Below are positions 1 to 14,312 of a stretch of DNA of 64,000 bases, piece after piece. The stretch spans positions 496,001 through 560,000 of the forward strand of contig CDROCS010001585.1 in the NCBI GenBank assembly GCA_977020255.1. The letters run 5' to 3'. The notes beneath the pieces are model-generated. The model was given only the letters and a program-made list of their open reading frames with translations. It did not search any database and had not been told where the DNA came from. Source of the DNA: Obrimoposthia wandeli (lineage: Eukaryota). The position numbers were made by a program, and so were the translations under genes. How positions within the stretch are numbered: position 1 is the stretch's first letter; every line of letters begins with the position of its first letter.

Positions 1-1149
1 TCACTATATAGTACTTTATGAATTATTTAGAGTAATGTATAAGTGCTTTTCAACTCTTCCCACCACAAAATACTAACTAACCCCATTTAAGAGCCCTTAA
101 AACGGAAAATCTTATAGTACACCCACAGAGTGAAGGAGGGTCTGAGAGGCCATCTGAGAGCCAACGTTTGTCCTTCGAGCCCGCGGTGGTCCAATGAGCA
201 ATATACATACAGGGTCAGGAGAAAATAAAATCGTGCCATTAGGTACGAAAAATCTTTTTGTTTAAGTATTTATATCTATATAATGTTTTTTCCAGTTTAA
301 ATCTCTTCCATTCCAACTGCACACATTCAATAAAATCTTATCAAAATACTACGATTTTTTGAATAAATTAATTGAAAATATTTTTCGACCCCATGATACA
401 CACATACACACAGACGTAATCAAAATTTTAAGAAAATACTACTAATTTTCAAATAAATTATTTGAACAACACGCTTTTATTAAATGATGCAAAAGCCACT
501 GCTCGTCTGTCAATTTCAGCGGAAACAACAAGGATACCGTTGGAGATACCGACGAAGAATAGGAACAATCTCTTCGAAAATTTCGAGGTTGGAATCAAAA
601 GTCAATGTCAGTGGAAGATGACCCCATTATTTTAGCTGGAAACAGTCCTCGTACCCGACTTCGACGAGGAGCATTTCAGTGATGAAGTAACGTCGACTCA
701 GGATGTAAAGGAAGATAATGATTGGACTCTTTTTATCGACGAGTGGGAAGGTCTCACCCCGAGTCTCTCAACCAATAGCTGTGCTGCAGCCAGAAATGAC
801 TCTATGATTGCTGAGTTAGACGAGGATGAATGGAGTCTCTTCACAGTGGAATGGGACGGCCTTACACCTGATGCTACTCCGACTCCGAATCCAACTGCAG
901 ACAAAAGGGTGCCTTAAATATTCAGAAAACCACAATCTCATTTGAGAAGTTAGGAGAATAAAAGCGACGAATGAGGTTAGATTATTTATTTAATTCATAT
1001 GATGTTTTATTTTTTACATAAACTTCCAGTGGATATAGCCACGTATGTGACTTAATTGGGAAAGCTGATTAAACCAGAGATCTAAGCGATTCAATGCAGT
1101 CAAAGGTGAACAGTGATGTGATATCTGGTTTCTTTGGATAATATTAATG

Positions 1150-1700
1150 TAAAATATATTCAATTATTAATATGGGAAGCCGACCAGGTGAAACACGTGG
1201 TGGAGAAGCTGGGAGAGGCTACTCCTATGTTACCAGTGGACCGGAAACAGGCGGTGGTGCGAAAATCCAGAAAGCACCGAACAAAGACGCAGACAGTTCG
1301 GAGAAAGAATGATGATTGGAGGATGAAAAATGCGTATTCTTTGATGAGTGTGCATTCAATATTTGGGTGCAAAGCAGAAGAAGTTAGTCACACCAAGGAG
1401 AATGGCTCTACAATATGTTGCAAAACTCCAGAAACCCTAACATCAGCCTCCTGCTTGCTATTCGTCGATCTGGGCCGATTCATTTTAAAATGATAAAAGG
1501 CTTTTCAAAAAAGAATCTTACCTGGAATTGATCACTGAGATCTGAACTAAATTGGACCCCGAGAAGAATCTGGTACATGCTAATGCCTCCATTAATGGTG
1601 GCGTTGTTGCGATGAATGGCAATCACACGACAGTGAATTTGCCCCCATAATTGAAAGAAATGAATGGGCTAGTTCAAAGCGAGCTCACACTGAATCAGCA
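1150..1700 (+). mobile_element. Tc1/IS630-like DDE transposase fossil (stops and frameshifts)
   Basis: A frame not in the ORF track reads CVFFDECAFNIWVQSRRS*SHQGEW...NISLLLAIRRSGPIHFKMIKG, then LVHANASI. This matches the IS630/Tc1 pattern VFIDESGFN...N.TL..AI...G...I.DNASIH. Boundaries approximate. Confidence 0.6.
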
Positions 1701-3298
1701 GATGGCGAAGATGGTGAATATGATACAAACCTCAATCCAGGAGCACCAATTCCAAAACTTCAGTAATCATTATCGTTATATAAAATTAGTTTTCTTTCAA
1801 TGTTTGGACAACGATGATATTTTTGGCGAATGAGTGTAGTTTCATAGAATTTTAAAACAATAATAACCTTTTCTTATCTTTGTCATGTACAATAATCCAA
1901 TTTACTTCAAAATTATACAAAAAATCAGACAGTAAAAGTACATACTTGCTGAGTGAGTGGCACTAAGCATATTGCTATCAGCGATATTCATTTTGATTAA
2001 GTGTATTCAACATAAATAAATAATACAATTTAAATTTCGTGTTCGATTGTTGTTGGATTGAGTTGAGGCTGATGTGTTTCAAACTGATGAAGACGACAAA
2101 ATAGTACTGAAAATTATGTAGATGTTGTGGATAACTTATTTTGCGTTGCATGAGTTGATATTAATGGCCAAGATGAAGACAATATTGATATTGATACGAC
2201 TATTCGATTTTGAATGGAGTTGACGTATTGCAAGATAAAGACGTGTAATACAATACAATTTATTTACTAGACGACAGTTACTTGGAGTTTGTGTACACCT
2301 AACTTCCGTATTTGAAAATAAAATTAACTGAACTACTCAAAACACAAATTTTTAAGGCCATTACACTGTGTGCCAATAGAATATGCAGCTACGACACACA
2401 TATCGAATTGAAATGAATCATGTTATAGGAATACACATAGATATGAAATGACCATTCCAGTAATTCAAAGAAGGACCTCTAATTGGGCATATGTTATAAA
2501 TCTGACATAATTTTTGAATAGGTTCGTTATTCGAATACGTATATGTATGTAAAGGTTTCCGGCGTATATAAAAACATTTCTATTAACGAAAATTAATGCA
2601 ATGAGCTTATATTATTTTTCATTAAGAAAACCAAATTATTTTTGTAACTTGAAACTGACTTATAGCTAAATTATAGATATTGATATGTAAATGAGGTTAA
2701 AAACTCTCAAATGTCTTCAACCTAGTAAAAATAAATTCGTTGACAAACATTTAATAAATATATTGAAAATCTGCTAACTATTTATGTATATATTTAAATC
2801 TATCTATTTATTGCAGACTGTAGACAGGAAAATAGAATCATTTTGAAAATGTTGAAATACATCAATTTAAAAATGAATTATAGTTTTTAATATATTGTTC
2901 CATTCAAATTACAATAAAATGATTTTGAAATTAATTTTTAGATCATTCAAAAATTTTATAATAAATATAAGTTGCCTACAGACGAAATTTTTTGAGAAAC
3001 ACTGTATAATATATAGTGTAGATAAAACAGCAATTTAATTTAGGATTCTGTTTTAATTCACTAATAATATCAAATTTTGTAATTTAATTTTTCAAATATT
3101 GCTATTCGAAAATTTTACTTCATACTGAAATTATTTACACTTTGCAGTTCTGATATTTTTCGAATTCGAAATGATTCTTTCAGATCTAGATGTGGTTGCA
3201 CCTAATTTATTGATGTTGGTCAATGTAAGCAGTAATACAACAATACCTTATAAAAAATCGGTACCCCTTTACTTTTTCAAGTTTGACTCTTTTGTCAG

Positions 3299-6200
3299 GA
3301 TCTGGTATTGGGTTGTGCTCTATCAATAGCAGGAAATCTATTGATCAGTGTCTCACTGAATGTACAGGTTTGTTTATACGCTTGTAAAGGAGAAACATAT
3401 ATTTAGATAGCTTTCTAAAGGGTTGAAATTGGAAATTAGCCTTAAGAAATATTTTTAGCGAGTTTTGTATTCAATTTATATCTAATTACAAGTTATTGTA
3501 AAAAATAAATAAATTTTATGTAAGTTGCAGTCTAAGGGACTTTCATTAAATTTGACATTTTCGATGTGCAGAAGTACGTACATCTGAGAAACAGTCGTAT
3601 CGAGAGACCGCTCCATTATTCTCGCCTGCCTTTATGGTGGTTGGGACTGTGTCTCATGATCCTCGGTGAGGTAGGCAACTTCGTGGCATTCGGTCTCGCT
3701 CCCGCCTCGATGATCGCTCCCCTGGCTACCACCACCGTTGTATGTGAGTCATATGCAGTCATACAGGGTAGGCCAAATGAAGTCGGGCGATTCTTAAGCT
3801 TAATAACTCTTTCTTTACTATCAGTTAGAATGTTAAATTTTTCTTGTTTAATCTATCACTATTTTATATTTTGGAATTACTAAAATTCTGAATCATTTGA
3901 TGCAACGCAACATTGATGTAGGAAGACTAAAAATGTCATATTTGGCACAATGAGAGTGAGAAAAGGTGATGAATGGAACCTACAAAAAGAGAAACAATCA
4001 ATAATTTAGTAAAGAAATCTGAATTAGCAAGCTGTGTGTGTTAGCAAGAAACATGTGAAGAATTGTCGCGGTCAGAAAGTATCTTCATCTGGGAACCATG
4101 ATACGAAATTTTAAGCAGCAATTCACTTTAATTATCAGCACGTCGAATTTCTCCAGAATTGAACTTAACGAAGCAAACATAAAACGCTTATATCGAAACG
4201 AAATAGCCATTTAAATCGCGATTAATCCACGTTTTGCAGTTATATGTGTGATGAAGTGGTGACAAATAGAGGTTTGAGTTAAATGGATATTTAAATAATT
4301 ACAATTGTGTGTACTGGCCAGAAGAAAATGTAAATGTAGCCGAAAAGGCGGGGTGACGTTTCTTGATCTTAATGTCTGAGCTGATATTTCCTCATCTGAC
4401 ATAATTTCCTCATAACCTTCTTTGATGGAACCGTTACGGGTGAGAAATATATCGATTTGCTTGCATGACGGTATCTTGTTGTTTACTTTTAATATATGCA
4501 AATAATGCATAACCTCATTACTCAAATAGCGTTAGCACATTATTTAATGAAAATTATCCCAGACGTTGATGAAACCAGCTGAAGTTTTCCTAGGGGTCTA
4601 CTGGAAACATTCGATATATCCAAAGCATTCTGTACTTTCATCTAACAAGAATGATTACCAGAGTGTAAATGAAAGTTTCCCAATATTTATGCATTTTGGC
4701 TATGGGTAAATATCTGAAATATTAACTGTCCTATTTCACTATTCCACAATCACAATACATTTCTTAAGTAGGTACTTATAATGAAGTAAACCAATGTCCA
4801 GATTGGACAGTTTCCCACATTACAATGGTTATTACATTACAAAAGGCAGATTAAATTCTAGCAAAGAAAACGACCAAAATATCAGTTTAAGAAAAAAAGA
4901 AGTTTATGCATAAAAAATATCTGCAATCACATTTTAAATATATTCAAATAATTTTATCGATATGTCGCGAAATCAAAGTTTTGGTTGTTTGCTATATGAA
5001 ACAGCTGAAACATAATGTAAGTCATTTCTGACGGTATGTAAATTTGGGGTTCCCAACCTATTTGAGTGAAGGGCCAGATTCACAAATTAGGAAGTCTCGT
5101 TCTCAAATATTACTATACTTTATTTACCAAATACTATCAAATCAATTTAAATCAATTAGCGTCAGCTTTAGCTAATTTCTTTAATTTAATAATATATTTA
5201 CATTAAAGGGTTGTGGGCCGGAACGTATACAAAATTGACTTTGGGAATTAAATTAAGGGAAAAAACCATAACATTAAGAATGTATATTCAAATAAATATG
5301 AACCGGAGAAAAACAAAGGAACATTGTTACTACATTGAGTTGTTACCCTATCAAGTCACAACATTCTCGTCGAGAGAGAGATGAATACAATTCTTAATTT
5401 TCATAACGCCAAACTTGTTCTATTTTTCGTTTGCATATGGCTAATGCTGTAGAGGACGGTTTTTTAACAGCTTCCTTTAAATAATTCCATAAATGTTCAT
5501 TTGTGTGATAAATTCTGGTGACATTTTCTTCAAGAAATCCCCTTGTCGATCATGAAGTATTACATGTTGCTCCATCATGTTGAAAGATGAAGCAAGAAGC
5601 GTATATCAATATATACCCTCTGATATTCATTTGAATCGACGTTATTAATGCAGCATTGTACCATCGCTTTTCGTCAAATCTTAACATTTAGTCTAAGGGA
5701 TTGAACGATTATGCAAATAACAAACAAATGTATTTTTTACGTTCACCATATTGCTTATGTAATTATTTTTAATTGAGCTAAACTAATTTTTAAGAATATT
5801 TTTTAGTTTCGGAAAATTTGTAGTAATTTTTTCTGTTAAAAATATATTTTCTACAAATTATTTTTCCACTTTGTAAATTCAATAATGGTCAAAAGGACTT
5901 TCGCATTTAGCCAATATGGTGATAGCTGTCGTTTTCCTGAAAGAAAGACTACGGCCTGAAGACATATTCGGTGAGTTGACCTCGAAATCATAGTAAGGAA
6001 ACCTTTCGATTGAATGATAATTGTTTGGTAATTAATCATGGTCATCAGTCGTGGCGTGTTCTTTAGTTTTCTGTAATAAAAAATTTCCGTTCTATTTTAT
6101 ATGTATTTTTATTAATCTCCAAGAAATTTGAAAGATTTAAGCTTTCAGAAATATTGTGGGTTTCCTAAATTCATCTATCAAACATTAAATAAAGATGCAG

Positions 6201-9200
6201 TTTATCGAAAATAATATTTAAAGATTACACATACATTTACTAGGCAATAATCCCAACTAGGTACATATAAATATTAAAATAAGCCATTTTAAATAAAGGC
6301 AAGTATTTATAAAATTTTGCATTTTCATTATTTATAACTACTAAACTACTAAACTAATAAAATCTGAGAAATTTTGAACAAACATATCAGATCGATTTTG
6401 TTTAAATGTTTTCAAATAGTCAAAATTAAAAATGAATGGGATTTTGAAAGAATTATTTTTACGATAATATATGTAGATTTAGTATTCTTTTAATGGAATA
6501 AAAGTAAAATTAAAAACATGAATACCTTAGAATTATTTAGAACTTTACATTAAATTTTATTTAACAAATATTATAACTTTTGAAGTAGTTTTTATGTTCA
6601 ATCTCAAAATTATATTTTAACCTATATTAAATCACATTTTAAATAACTTGATTAAGTATGTAATTTAAAATATTATAAACGTAAAACAAGAATTATAATA
6701 TTTATTTATTACTTATGTTTCCTGTTAATAGATATATTTAGCAAATATTAAACATAGATATATCGTCAACTATTTTATTATTACTTATAAGTGAAATATG
6801 TTTATAAAATAAATTTCAAAAATCGAGCCATAAGAGCCGTTAGAACGAGGATGTGATTTTTTCTATACTAAGGCAACTTTCGATTTAGGAACAACGATGG
6901 CGTTGATTGGAGCTTGCTTGATCGTTAACTTCTCGTCGAAGGTTTGTGTTAGTTTGTTAACAAATATAACCGAAGTTCAAAATAGTTACAATAATATATT
7001 TAATAAAGCCATAATATCTAATAAATCAATGATTAAATACCCAAAAGCTCTTCCTGTTTTCACATAATATTTTCCAAATAGTAAAGTCTTCAGCTGCTTC
7101 TTGAATTTTTCAACATTGTTACAATTTCTTCTGTAGATTATTGTAAATATTCGGAGCATTAATTTCATATATTCCATCAATATGTTATTTGCTTTTGTGA
7201 GAGTATATTTTTTGACTATATGTAGGATTTTGAATTCAATTCTGGTATTGATCGGCGGCTTATAGAGCTTCATTGAAGGTTCACTTATACTGGCACTTTT
7301 CTTTAATTTGAATATAATTCTGATTACTTTGTTTATATATTTTTTCAAGTGGTATAACTTATAAGCTGGAATATAAATAAATAAAGAATTTTGAAAATCA
7401 AATTTTGATGTAATAATAGCATTGTAGTTTTCTCAGAAGTAAGATATTTTTTATTAGATAAATCTCTTTGATATGGCTGTTGCCTGTTTTTATACGTTTA
7501 CTAATTTAACAATTCATTGTAATATTTTCAACAACACAGTAATGTTCTATTTATTTTTTTAAAATAATAATATATCCTGATATGTATGGAACTTCTTTTG
7601 TCTTTAATATGGTTGATACTATCCTATGAACAACATAACCGCAATTTTATTTTCATTCATTTTCAATTTTTTCCAAAAATATTTTCCTTCCCAGAAAATG
7701 TGATTATATAGTAATTAAAACCACAATCAACAAACAGTTGTGTGTCATCATCGTAAGGGTGGAAATAAACAGTATATTTTATAATATTCGCTACGATTGA
7801 CGAAGTATAAATCGAAAATAGGATTGGACCAAGAATTGAACGCTGAGGAACACCGCATTTTAAGTATTGATTCCAATATTTTCCAAATATGTACATATGA
7901 TACTTCTAGATCATTTGATACTGTTAGTCATGAAATATTGTTAAAGATTTTAATACAATTTTTACCCCAATCAATGCCGTCTTTTACTCTGTAAAATCCA
8001 ATTTCTCTTTCATAAACATAAATACTCAAATATCCCAAAAATAAATAAATTCAATATTAAAAAATAATTGAAACATTTTCAAAAACAACATAAACGATTA
8101 AATAATTTTATGAAAAATATACATTTGAAAAATTAATTTATATCTTAAAAATACCTTTAGAAAATCACCACTAATTATTGATGCTAAGAATAAAATAATT
8201 GTATAACATACTCAAAAAATTATAATTTTTAATAAAATTTATTTTCAAAATGTTGAATGTGTTAGTAAAAAATTAATTATTTTATTTTAAAATTCTCATA
8301 ACGTTTGATACAAAGATGCAATATTAACGACCTAAACACCATTTTAATCCCCTAGAGTAATCAATTCAATAAAGACTGTGCTTGATATTAAATATTCTAG
8401 TGGCACCATCATTCGACAAACGGTAAAATAACCACATATCTATCAAATAGAAGAAATGCATGTTGGGATCAGCCCAGACCAGAGTGGGTAATAAATGGCA
8501 CAGGCCGAAAAAAATTAGAGGGGTCTATTTTCAAGTTATTATTTTTGAATAATAATGTAATTCATTACAGTTAAATAATGTATGTACATCAAACAATATT
8601 TTTATTCTGAATACTTTATAAATCATTTATATTAAATTAAACCAATTCGTCAAGTACCTTTAGGGGTCTAAAATTGTCTCTGCCCGAGGCTATCATAACC
8701 TTTGCACAGGTTCGGTTGGATGATATATTACCAAACATTGAATTTATGTTGAATTTCACATCTCAAAAGTATACCAATACATATTCTGGTAATTTTTATT
8801 AAACAATCGTTAGAAAATAAAATGATATCAGAAACGAAAGAAATTGGAGGTTAATTTAAAATTGTAGTTTTAGTATTAAAGAAAAGAAAAGAATAGTGAA
8901 AAGATGAACACATCTATGGAAGACCAGGAATGATATGAAACGACACTAAAGAAGCTTTGAAATGAAACTACCAAAACGTTTGACTGAAGTGGAGAGTGGC
9001 TAAGGACATTTAAGCAGAGTGTGTGAGATATATTTAATATAAATGGGTATAAAAGCGGTAATCGTAAGTTAATTTCAAAGATTTTTTGTCATTTGAATTT
9101 TTTAAATGATCACACTTATTAAATTTTTCAATTCTCAGATTTGTTGAATCATACACTGAGTTGAATTTCAACCTACTCGTATTTTTATTTGATCACATCT

Positions 9201-12200
9201 TAATCATTAGAAATTTATTACTCTAGTTTTAACTGTATTCTTAAGTTATCTTCGAAATAAATGTCAAAATGTTTTAATTTAAACCAATCCTTCAAAGTGG
9301 AGAGTGACTAGTTTTTTTAATGATTCTTGATTGCAGACCCAGTTTCTAATGACGTCGACCTACTTAACAGAGCTACTCATCAAAAAGCCTTTCATCATAT
9401 ATTTCGTGAGTTGTTTTTTGCGTTGTCCCGGTTTATGGGAGAAACGTGCTGTAATCTGGGACTGCGAGAATGTTTGTGCCGTCATGATTGTCTGAATTTT
9501 GTCTTTCTCCATCCTCAGAGTCTGGAGTGCATTGGACTTATCGGACTTCTGGTGGCCTATCACAGATTTGGCTTTGACCATCTTCTCATTCTTCTCGGCA
9601 TCTGCGCCATATTCGGTGAGTCTCCTCACTGTAGTAACAGACAAAATGCGGATTGAAGTCTCAAGTGATTTATTTCTCTAACTTATGTAATCTTTTCGGT
9701 CAATTGTAGCAACAATAATGTTGATCTGGTAATATCAAAATATCAATTTCGTTTGCCGAATTACTCTACTAAAAACATTGCAAAAATCATTGAAATTTAA
9801 AATAAACACAGCCATGAAAATCAGGGCCAAATCCCGCGGTCACTTACTTGTAAACGTTCGTTTTCCTGCAGATACGCGTAGATGCACAGGAAAAATAAGT
9901 GATCAATTAAATGTTTGTTGTCAGATGGAATCGTCGGGTTTCACTTGGCATTTCCTTTAGTATTTTCCAAATTGAATTGTATCCTCATTATTGGGCAATT
10001 TTGGGTCCTACGTAGAAGCTGAGGATAGTTGCTACTTTTAGAATAGGTTTTAATTGCATTTCAAATTTTGATAAACATACCTTGATCGACAGGAAATAAT
10101 TCATACTTTAAGCTGATGTTTAGATTCATCGTCGTATGAATTTGTATTGCCTAGAAATTCCCCCATAAAGTTTTAATTAACAAAAATGAAAATTACGCGA
10201 AATAATTCTTGCAAAACAGCTGCAGACATTCAATCGTACAATTTAAGGAATATTATTACATATTGCATCTAAATATAGTTCAGATTCTCAATTATGATCA
10301 CCACAGCTATTTCCAAAATAATCAATTTTTCATGAATTTAATTAATATTTTTAAGCTTGAGAGATTTTTTTCACATCAATGTTGACTTTAGTAAACTATA
10401 TTTTAATTTATAACTTATTAGGAACTATTCGTGATCATCATATGAACTCTCCACCCTTGTTCAGCCTCTGTAACGGTCATCACCGCCAAAGGAGTCTCCT
10501 CGCTGTTGTCACTCACTCTCAAGGGCGTCACACAGTTTCACTATTTCAACATATACATATATACTGTCTTCATGATAATTACCGGAGTTCTACAAGTCAT
10601 GTGAGTGCCAGATTAGCCAAAGATTGATAAATATGTCAAGGCAGAAATTGTAATTAGGTATTAAAAAAAGTATTTTTATTTCTAGATAATTAAAGAAATT
10701 ATTAAATTAAACCTGACACGCATGCACGAAATTCTATATTATATGAGCATTCTGTGACATTATTACGTTTTACCTATATGTAAATGTGCAAGGGCAAAAT
10801 GACACAAGTTTATAATATACAACTATTAATTGAATTGCTTTTTTTAATATTGACCTCGCGGTTTTTCATTGAACGATCTTTAAAAAGCTCTGTTGTAAAT
10901 TTTGGTATGATATTTTTTAATCGAAAATATTATTGCTCATAATTTTTGTAGGAATGTAATATCAACTAGAGATTTTTAGTGGAATATTTCATTCAATGTT
11001 TCCAACAGAAAAGTTTAAGGTAAATGAAAAAATAAAAACATTTTAATCATATTTCTAAAGTGATTGCATTATTTTTTAATTGTTTAGCTCGATGCGAGAT
11101 CATTTCATTTTTTGACGTGAAGTAAGTAAATAAAAGAGATAATGTAGTCCTGATGTTGCAGTTACTTGAACAAGGCGATGCAACTCTACTACAGTACGGT
11201 AGTGGTGCCCACCAACTTCGTCTTCTTCACCATCACTGCCATATCTGCAGGTGAGATCATTCTCATATCGATCTTTTCTGCCTCTCGGTGCACCAATCCG
11301 GCTGTGCATATGTGCACTATCTCGCTTTGTGTCAGAGATTGGGTGTCTCTGTGTGTGTGTGTGTGCAACAACGTGGTGGTTGTGTTGGCTTTGACTCAGA
11401 TCGACCCTGTAGCGTTCAGAGTTGACAATATTAGATAAATCTATGCAATATAAGGATTACAATTTTTAATTTCTAGGTAAATTATCGATTATTCTGAAAA
11501 ATTACGTTTTTACTGAAGATTTTATACATAGTTTGTCAGAGTTATTGACAATATCACTTATTGTTATGCAACTTAGGACAATGCCATGTTGATTTTTGAT
11601 CAATTCACACAAAGCTTGTTAGCTTATTTGAATACTTTTTTTTCTTACAAATGTTAAACTTTGATCTTATGTGGTATTTCTGTGGGCTTTCGTTTGCTCA
11701 TTATTTAAATGTTGACAATTTTCAGGAACATTACAACAAGCAACAAATATTTTGATGCACTCGTTACTGTGCGCGCATCTTTTATATGTTGTATTATGTT
11801 TTATTAGTACGTAAGTTTCTTTTGTAAAAAGAACCGTCGAGGGAGTCGGATTAAAATGATGACGGGAAAACGAGTGTATTTAAGAAGCAAATGTCACTCT
11901 AAAATATGGTGGCATGTAATTACGACGGATCAACGAGATTGATGGAGTATCACAAATCTAATTACCGGGGTTAGACTGTATTTCTGTAGAAAAATTACAA
12001 AACCTCGAATATTGATAGGTTTCTTCTAATTTAATATATTTTTTGAATTGAAAATTCGAATTTTACAGCACTGCTTATATAGCTTATTATTTCATCTTTG
12101 GTACGAGTAAGTTTTAAAAAATATTTACAAATCGCAATTTGAACATATTTGCTGATTTCAGTAAGCTGTCTTTCGTGATAAATTTTTGACACGCCATTTG

Positions 12201-14312
12201 TACATTATAACACCTAATTATTAAGTGAAAGATATGGACACAGTGTTTTTAGCGGGTGAAAAAGCTAGGGGTCGGATTAAAGAGGGAATTTGATATACAA
12301 AAATATTTATTGGGTTAAAAATGGAGTTGTGGTCGGAATACGAGAGTCGAATTATCAAAGCACCAATGCAATATATCTTCAACCCGTACCCCAGAAAGGG
12401 TTGGATAACCGAGCCGGATTAAGGGAAGCAGACTGTAACATATTTAATACATTTATCAGAAGTTCCTTGACATAACCTCAACAAATCCAACTTAATAATA
12501 TGCTCTATTTAATTTAGTAAATCTATTTTAAGTTTTACCCTTCAACCCATTTACCGATCAAGTTGCGTATAGGCAATGTATTTTTCAACAGATTTTAGTT
12601 CATCTGGTTATAAAACTAATGTTTAGGGCTTCTTCTTCAACATCTTGTCACATTAAATATTTGTTTATTTGTAAATGAAGAATTACTTGCTTTTTTAGCA
12701 ACAAAAAACCAAAGTGCTTCTTCTGGCTACTACTCATACTGCCATATTGGCCATTTAAAAACAAAATATATTACTTATAAATGCTTTTTTTACAAGTATA
12801 CAACATTCATATTAAAGATATTCAAAAAGTGCAGAATAAGATAAGAAGGTATTTTATGGAAGAAACAAATCATACCGAACTGAGATTCAAATCAATCCCC
12901 AAATTTGGTCATTGTTTTAAATGTTTTTACGATTAATTTTTGCGACTATTCACTACTCAATGTTTCAAATGTACACCAAATGCAGGCGTCATTTACTATC
13001 GGGAGTTTTCTGGTCTCAATAGTCTCCAGATATTCATGTTCCTGTTCGGGTACGTTTTACCTTTTTGTTGTTGAAAGTTCTCTTGAAGAATGATATTAGA
13101 CTCATAATGTCATAAGGAAATTTAAAAAGATCTAATTCTATCAACCAAACATATTTACAGGGTTTTATATTTTACTACATGAACTTTCCATTAAAAAAAG
13201 TTATCAACCTTTAAATTCTTTTAATAAATCTGAATCATAAACTTTTGGAAGCTCTAATTTGATTCCAGCCAAAAGTATACGTTATAAGTGAAAGTCAATT
13301 AAAATTATTACATCACTTAGTCAAATACGATTATAAGAGACTGTCATGAAAAGAATTTAATAGTCATAATTTGGCATAATAATAATAAACAGAATGAACA
13401 ATTATTTTATAACCCATATCGGCTTCGCCTTGTCTATTTCATCCTAATTATCTACTCCGTTGGCAATTATTAAGGGTTTAGTACACCCCTTACTTTATCC
13501 AAATGCAAAACATATGTGGTATAAACTGTGTCCGTAAATTAATTTACACGTATCTTCTATAGTATTTATAAGAAACAAGAACACATAAATATTAGAATTT
13601 CGGTTAATTTCTTTGACGATACTTCAAGTGTACGAATTTTTAAATGCCATCTAAACGTCCCAGAAACTCAGCATACCATAAGTTATAATAGAAAAACATG
13701 ACCGAGACATTTGTTGCTAAAAACAGCATTCTCCCATACAAATTTATCCGCAATCCGCAAATGTAGAAGTACAAAAATATTTATAAAAGGTTTGGTAAAA
13801 CAATCAGTATACAACGCAGTATATGCTAATGAAAGTATTATTATTTTACAATTCAAAGACTTTGCGTATATAATATGCACCCCCATTGTCAAGTTGAACA
13901 AGTCTCTTTCATGAGTAACCCAAATAAGTTCTGTTTATAATATCAAAACCAGCAGTAAAAATAATTTTTTTTTTAATTGTACTTTTGCAATTAAACATAT
14001 CACTTTAGTACGTTTATCATTTACGATTCCTCCCAAATATTCGCAATATTTCAGTCACCAACTTTGGTAGTTAGCTTAGCAGAGCGTGTTTATATTAACT
14101 GTCCTCGCGGTTGTTGCAGTTGTCTGCTATCGTGCATCGGGGTCTACTTCATCCAGATAAATCGTCTAGACCCGGAGGAAGTGAAGATGGAATCCCTAAC
14201 TGATAGTGTCAGCGATCAGTTTACCGAAGACTACAATGTCAATGAGGATGATCAGGCCTGGCTGGGTGACCAAGTTATCAAGACACCAGTACAACTGTCT
14301 GGGAACAAGTAG
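3299..14312 (+). CDS. NIPAL2: NIPA-like protein 2/3 (NIPA/DMT-family Mg2+ transporter), spliced; start exon not securely located
   Basis: Exons 3299-3367, 3572-3743, 5911-5970, 6889-6941, 9337-9405, 9519-9615, 10465-10600, 11162-11250, 12986-13049, 14120-14312(TAG). All are GT-AG with compatible phases (1002 nt). Translation DLVLGCALSIAGNLLISVSLNVQKYVHLR...WWLGLCLMILGEVGNFVAFGLAPASMIAPL...FLKERLRPEDIFGTTMALIGACLIVNFS...ASVTVITAKGVS...YLNKAMQLYYSTVVVPTNFVFFTITAISAGVIYYREF...FLFGCLLSCIGVYFI matches NIPAL2/3. The gene symbol is the closest family member, not proven orthology. Candidate first exon 2448-2459 (ATG ACC ATT CCA|gtaatt). Confidence 0.92.
4050..4500 (-). mobile_element. Tc1/mariner fossil in NIPAL intron 2
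   Basis: Minus strand EISAQTLRSRNVTPPFRLHLHFLLASTH resembles the Tc1 HTH/KP region. A downstream RDNSSH resembles QDNA.xH. Heavily decayed. Confidence 0.4.
5200..5700 (-). mobile_element. Tc1/mariner C-terminal fossil
   Basis: Minus strand FIFQHDGATCNTS...LWNYLKEAV...KIEQVW resembles Tc1 FQQDGAPCH...LW..LK..V...I...W. Confidence 0.45.
6980..7990 (-). mobile_element. Non-LTR (CR1/Jockey-like) retrotransposon 3' fragment with an inverted RT segment
   Basis: Minus strand reads CGVPQRSILGPILFSIYT...YDDDTQLF (RT GVPQGS/YADD motifs), then PINTRIEFKIL (CR1-type C-terminus). Plus strand 7890-7960 reads DTSRSFDTVSHEILLKIL (RT AFDTV motif). Confidence 0.7.
11350..11365. repeat. (TG)8 microsatellite
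   Basis: tgtgtgtgtgtgtgtg in NIPAL intron. Confidence 0.9.

Noticed and set aside
2084-2200. CTGATGA...GAAA at 2084-2114 and a second AGATGAAGAC-hairpin at ~2171, resembling hammerhead cores
   Set aside because: Stem II is imperfect and no convincing stems I and III or NUH site could be paired. At most a very decayed relic.
9327-9681. Overlapping ORFs 9327-9656(+), 9360-9644(-) and 9499-9681(+)
   Set aside because: Explained by NIPAL exons 9337-9405 and 9519-9615 plus their intron and antisense shadow.
13400-13914. ORF 13711-13914 with a YANE stretch faintly like RT YADD
   Set aside because: Too weak; no second RT motif in a consistent frame.
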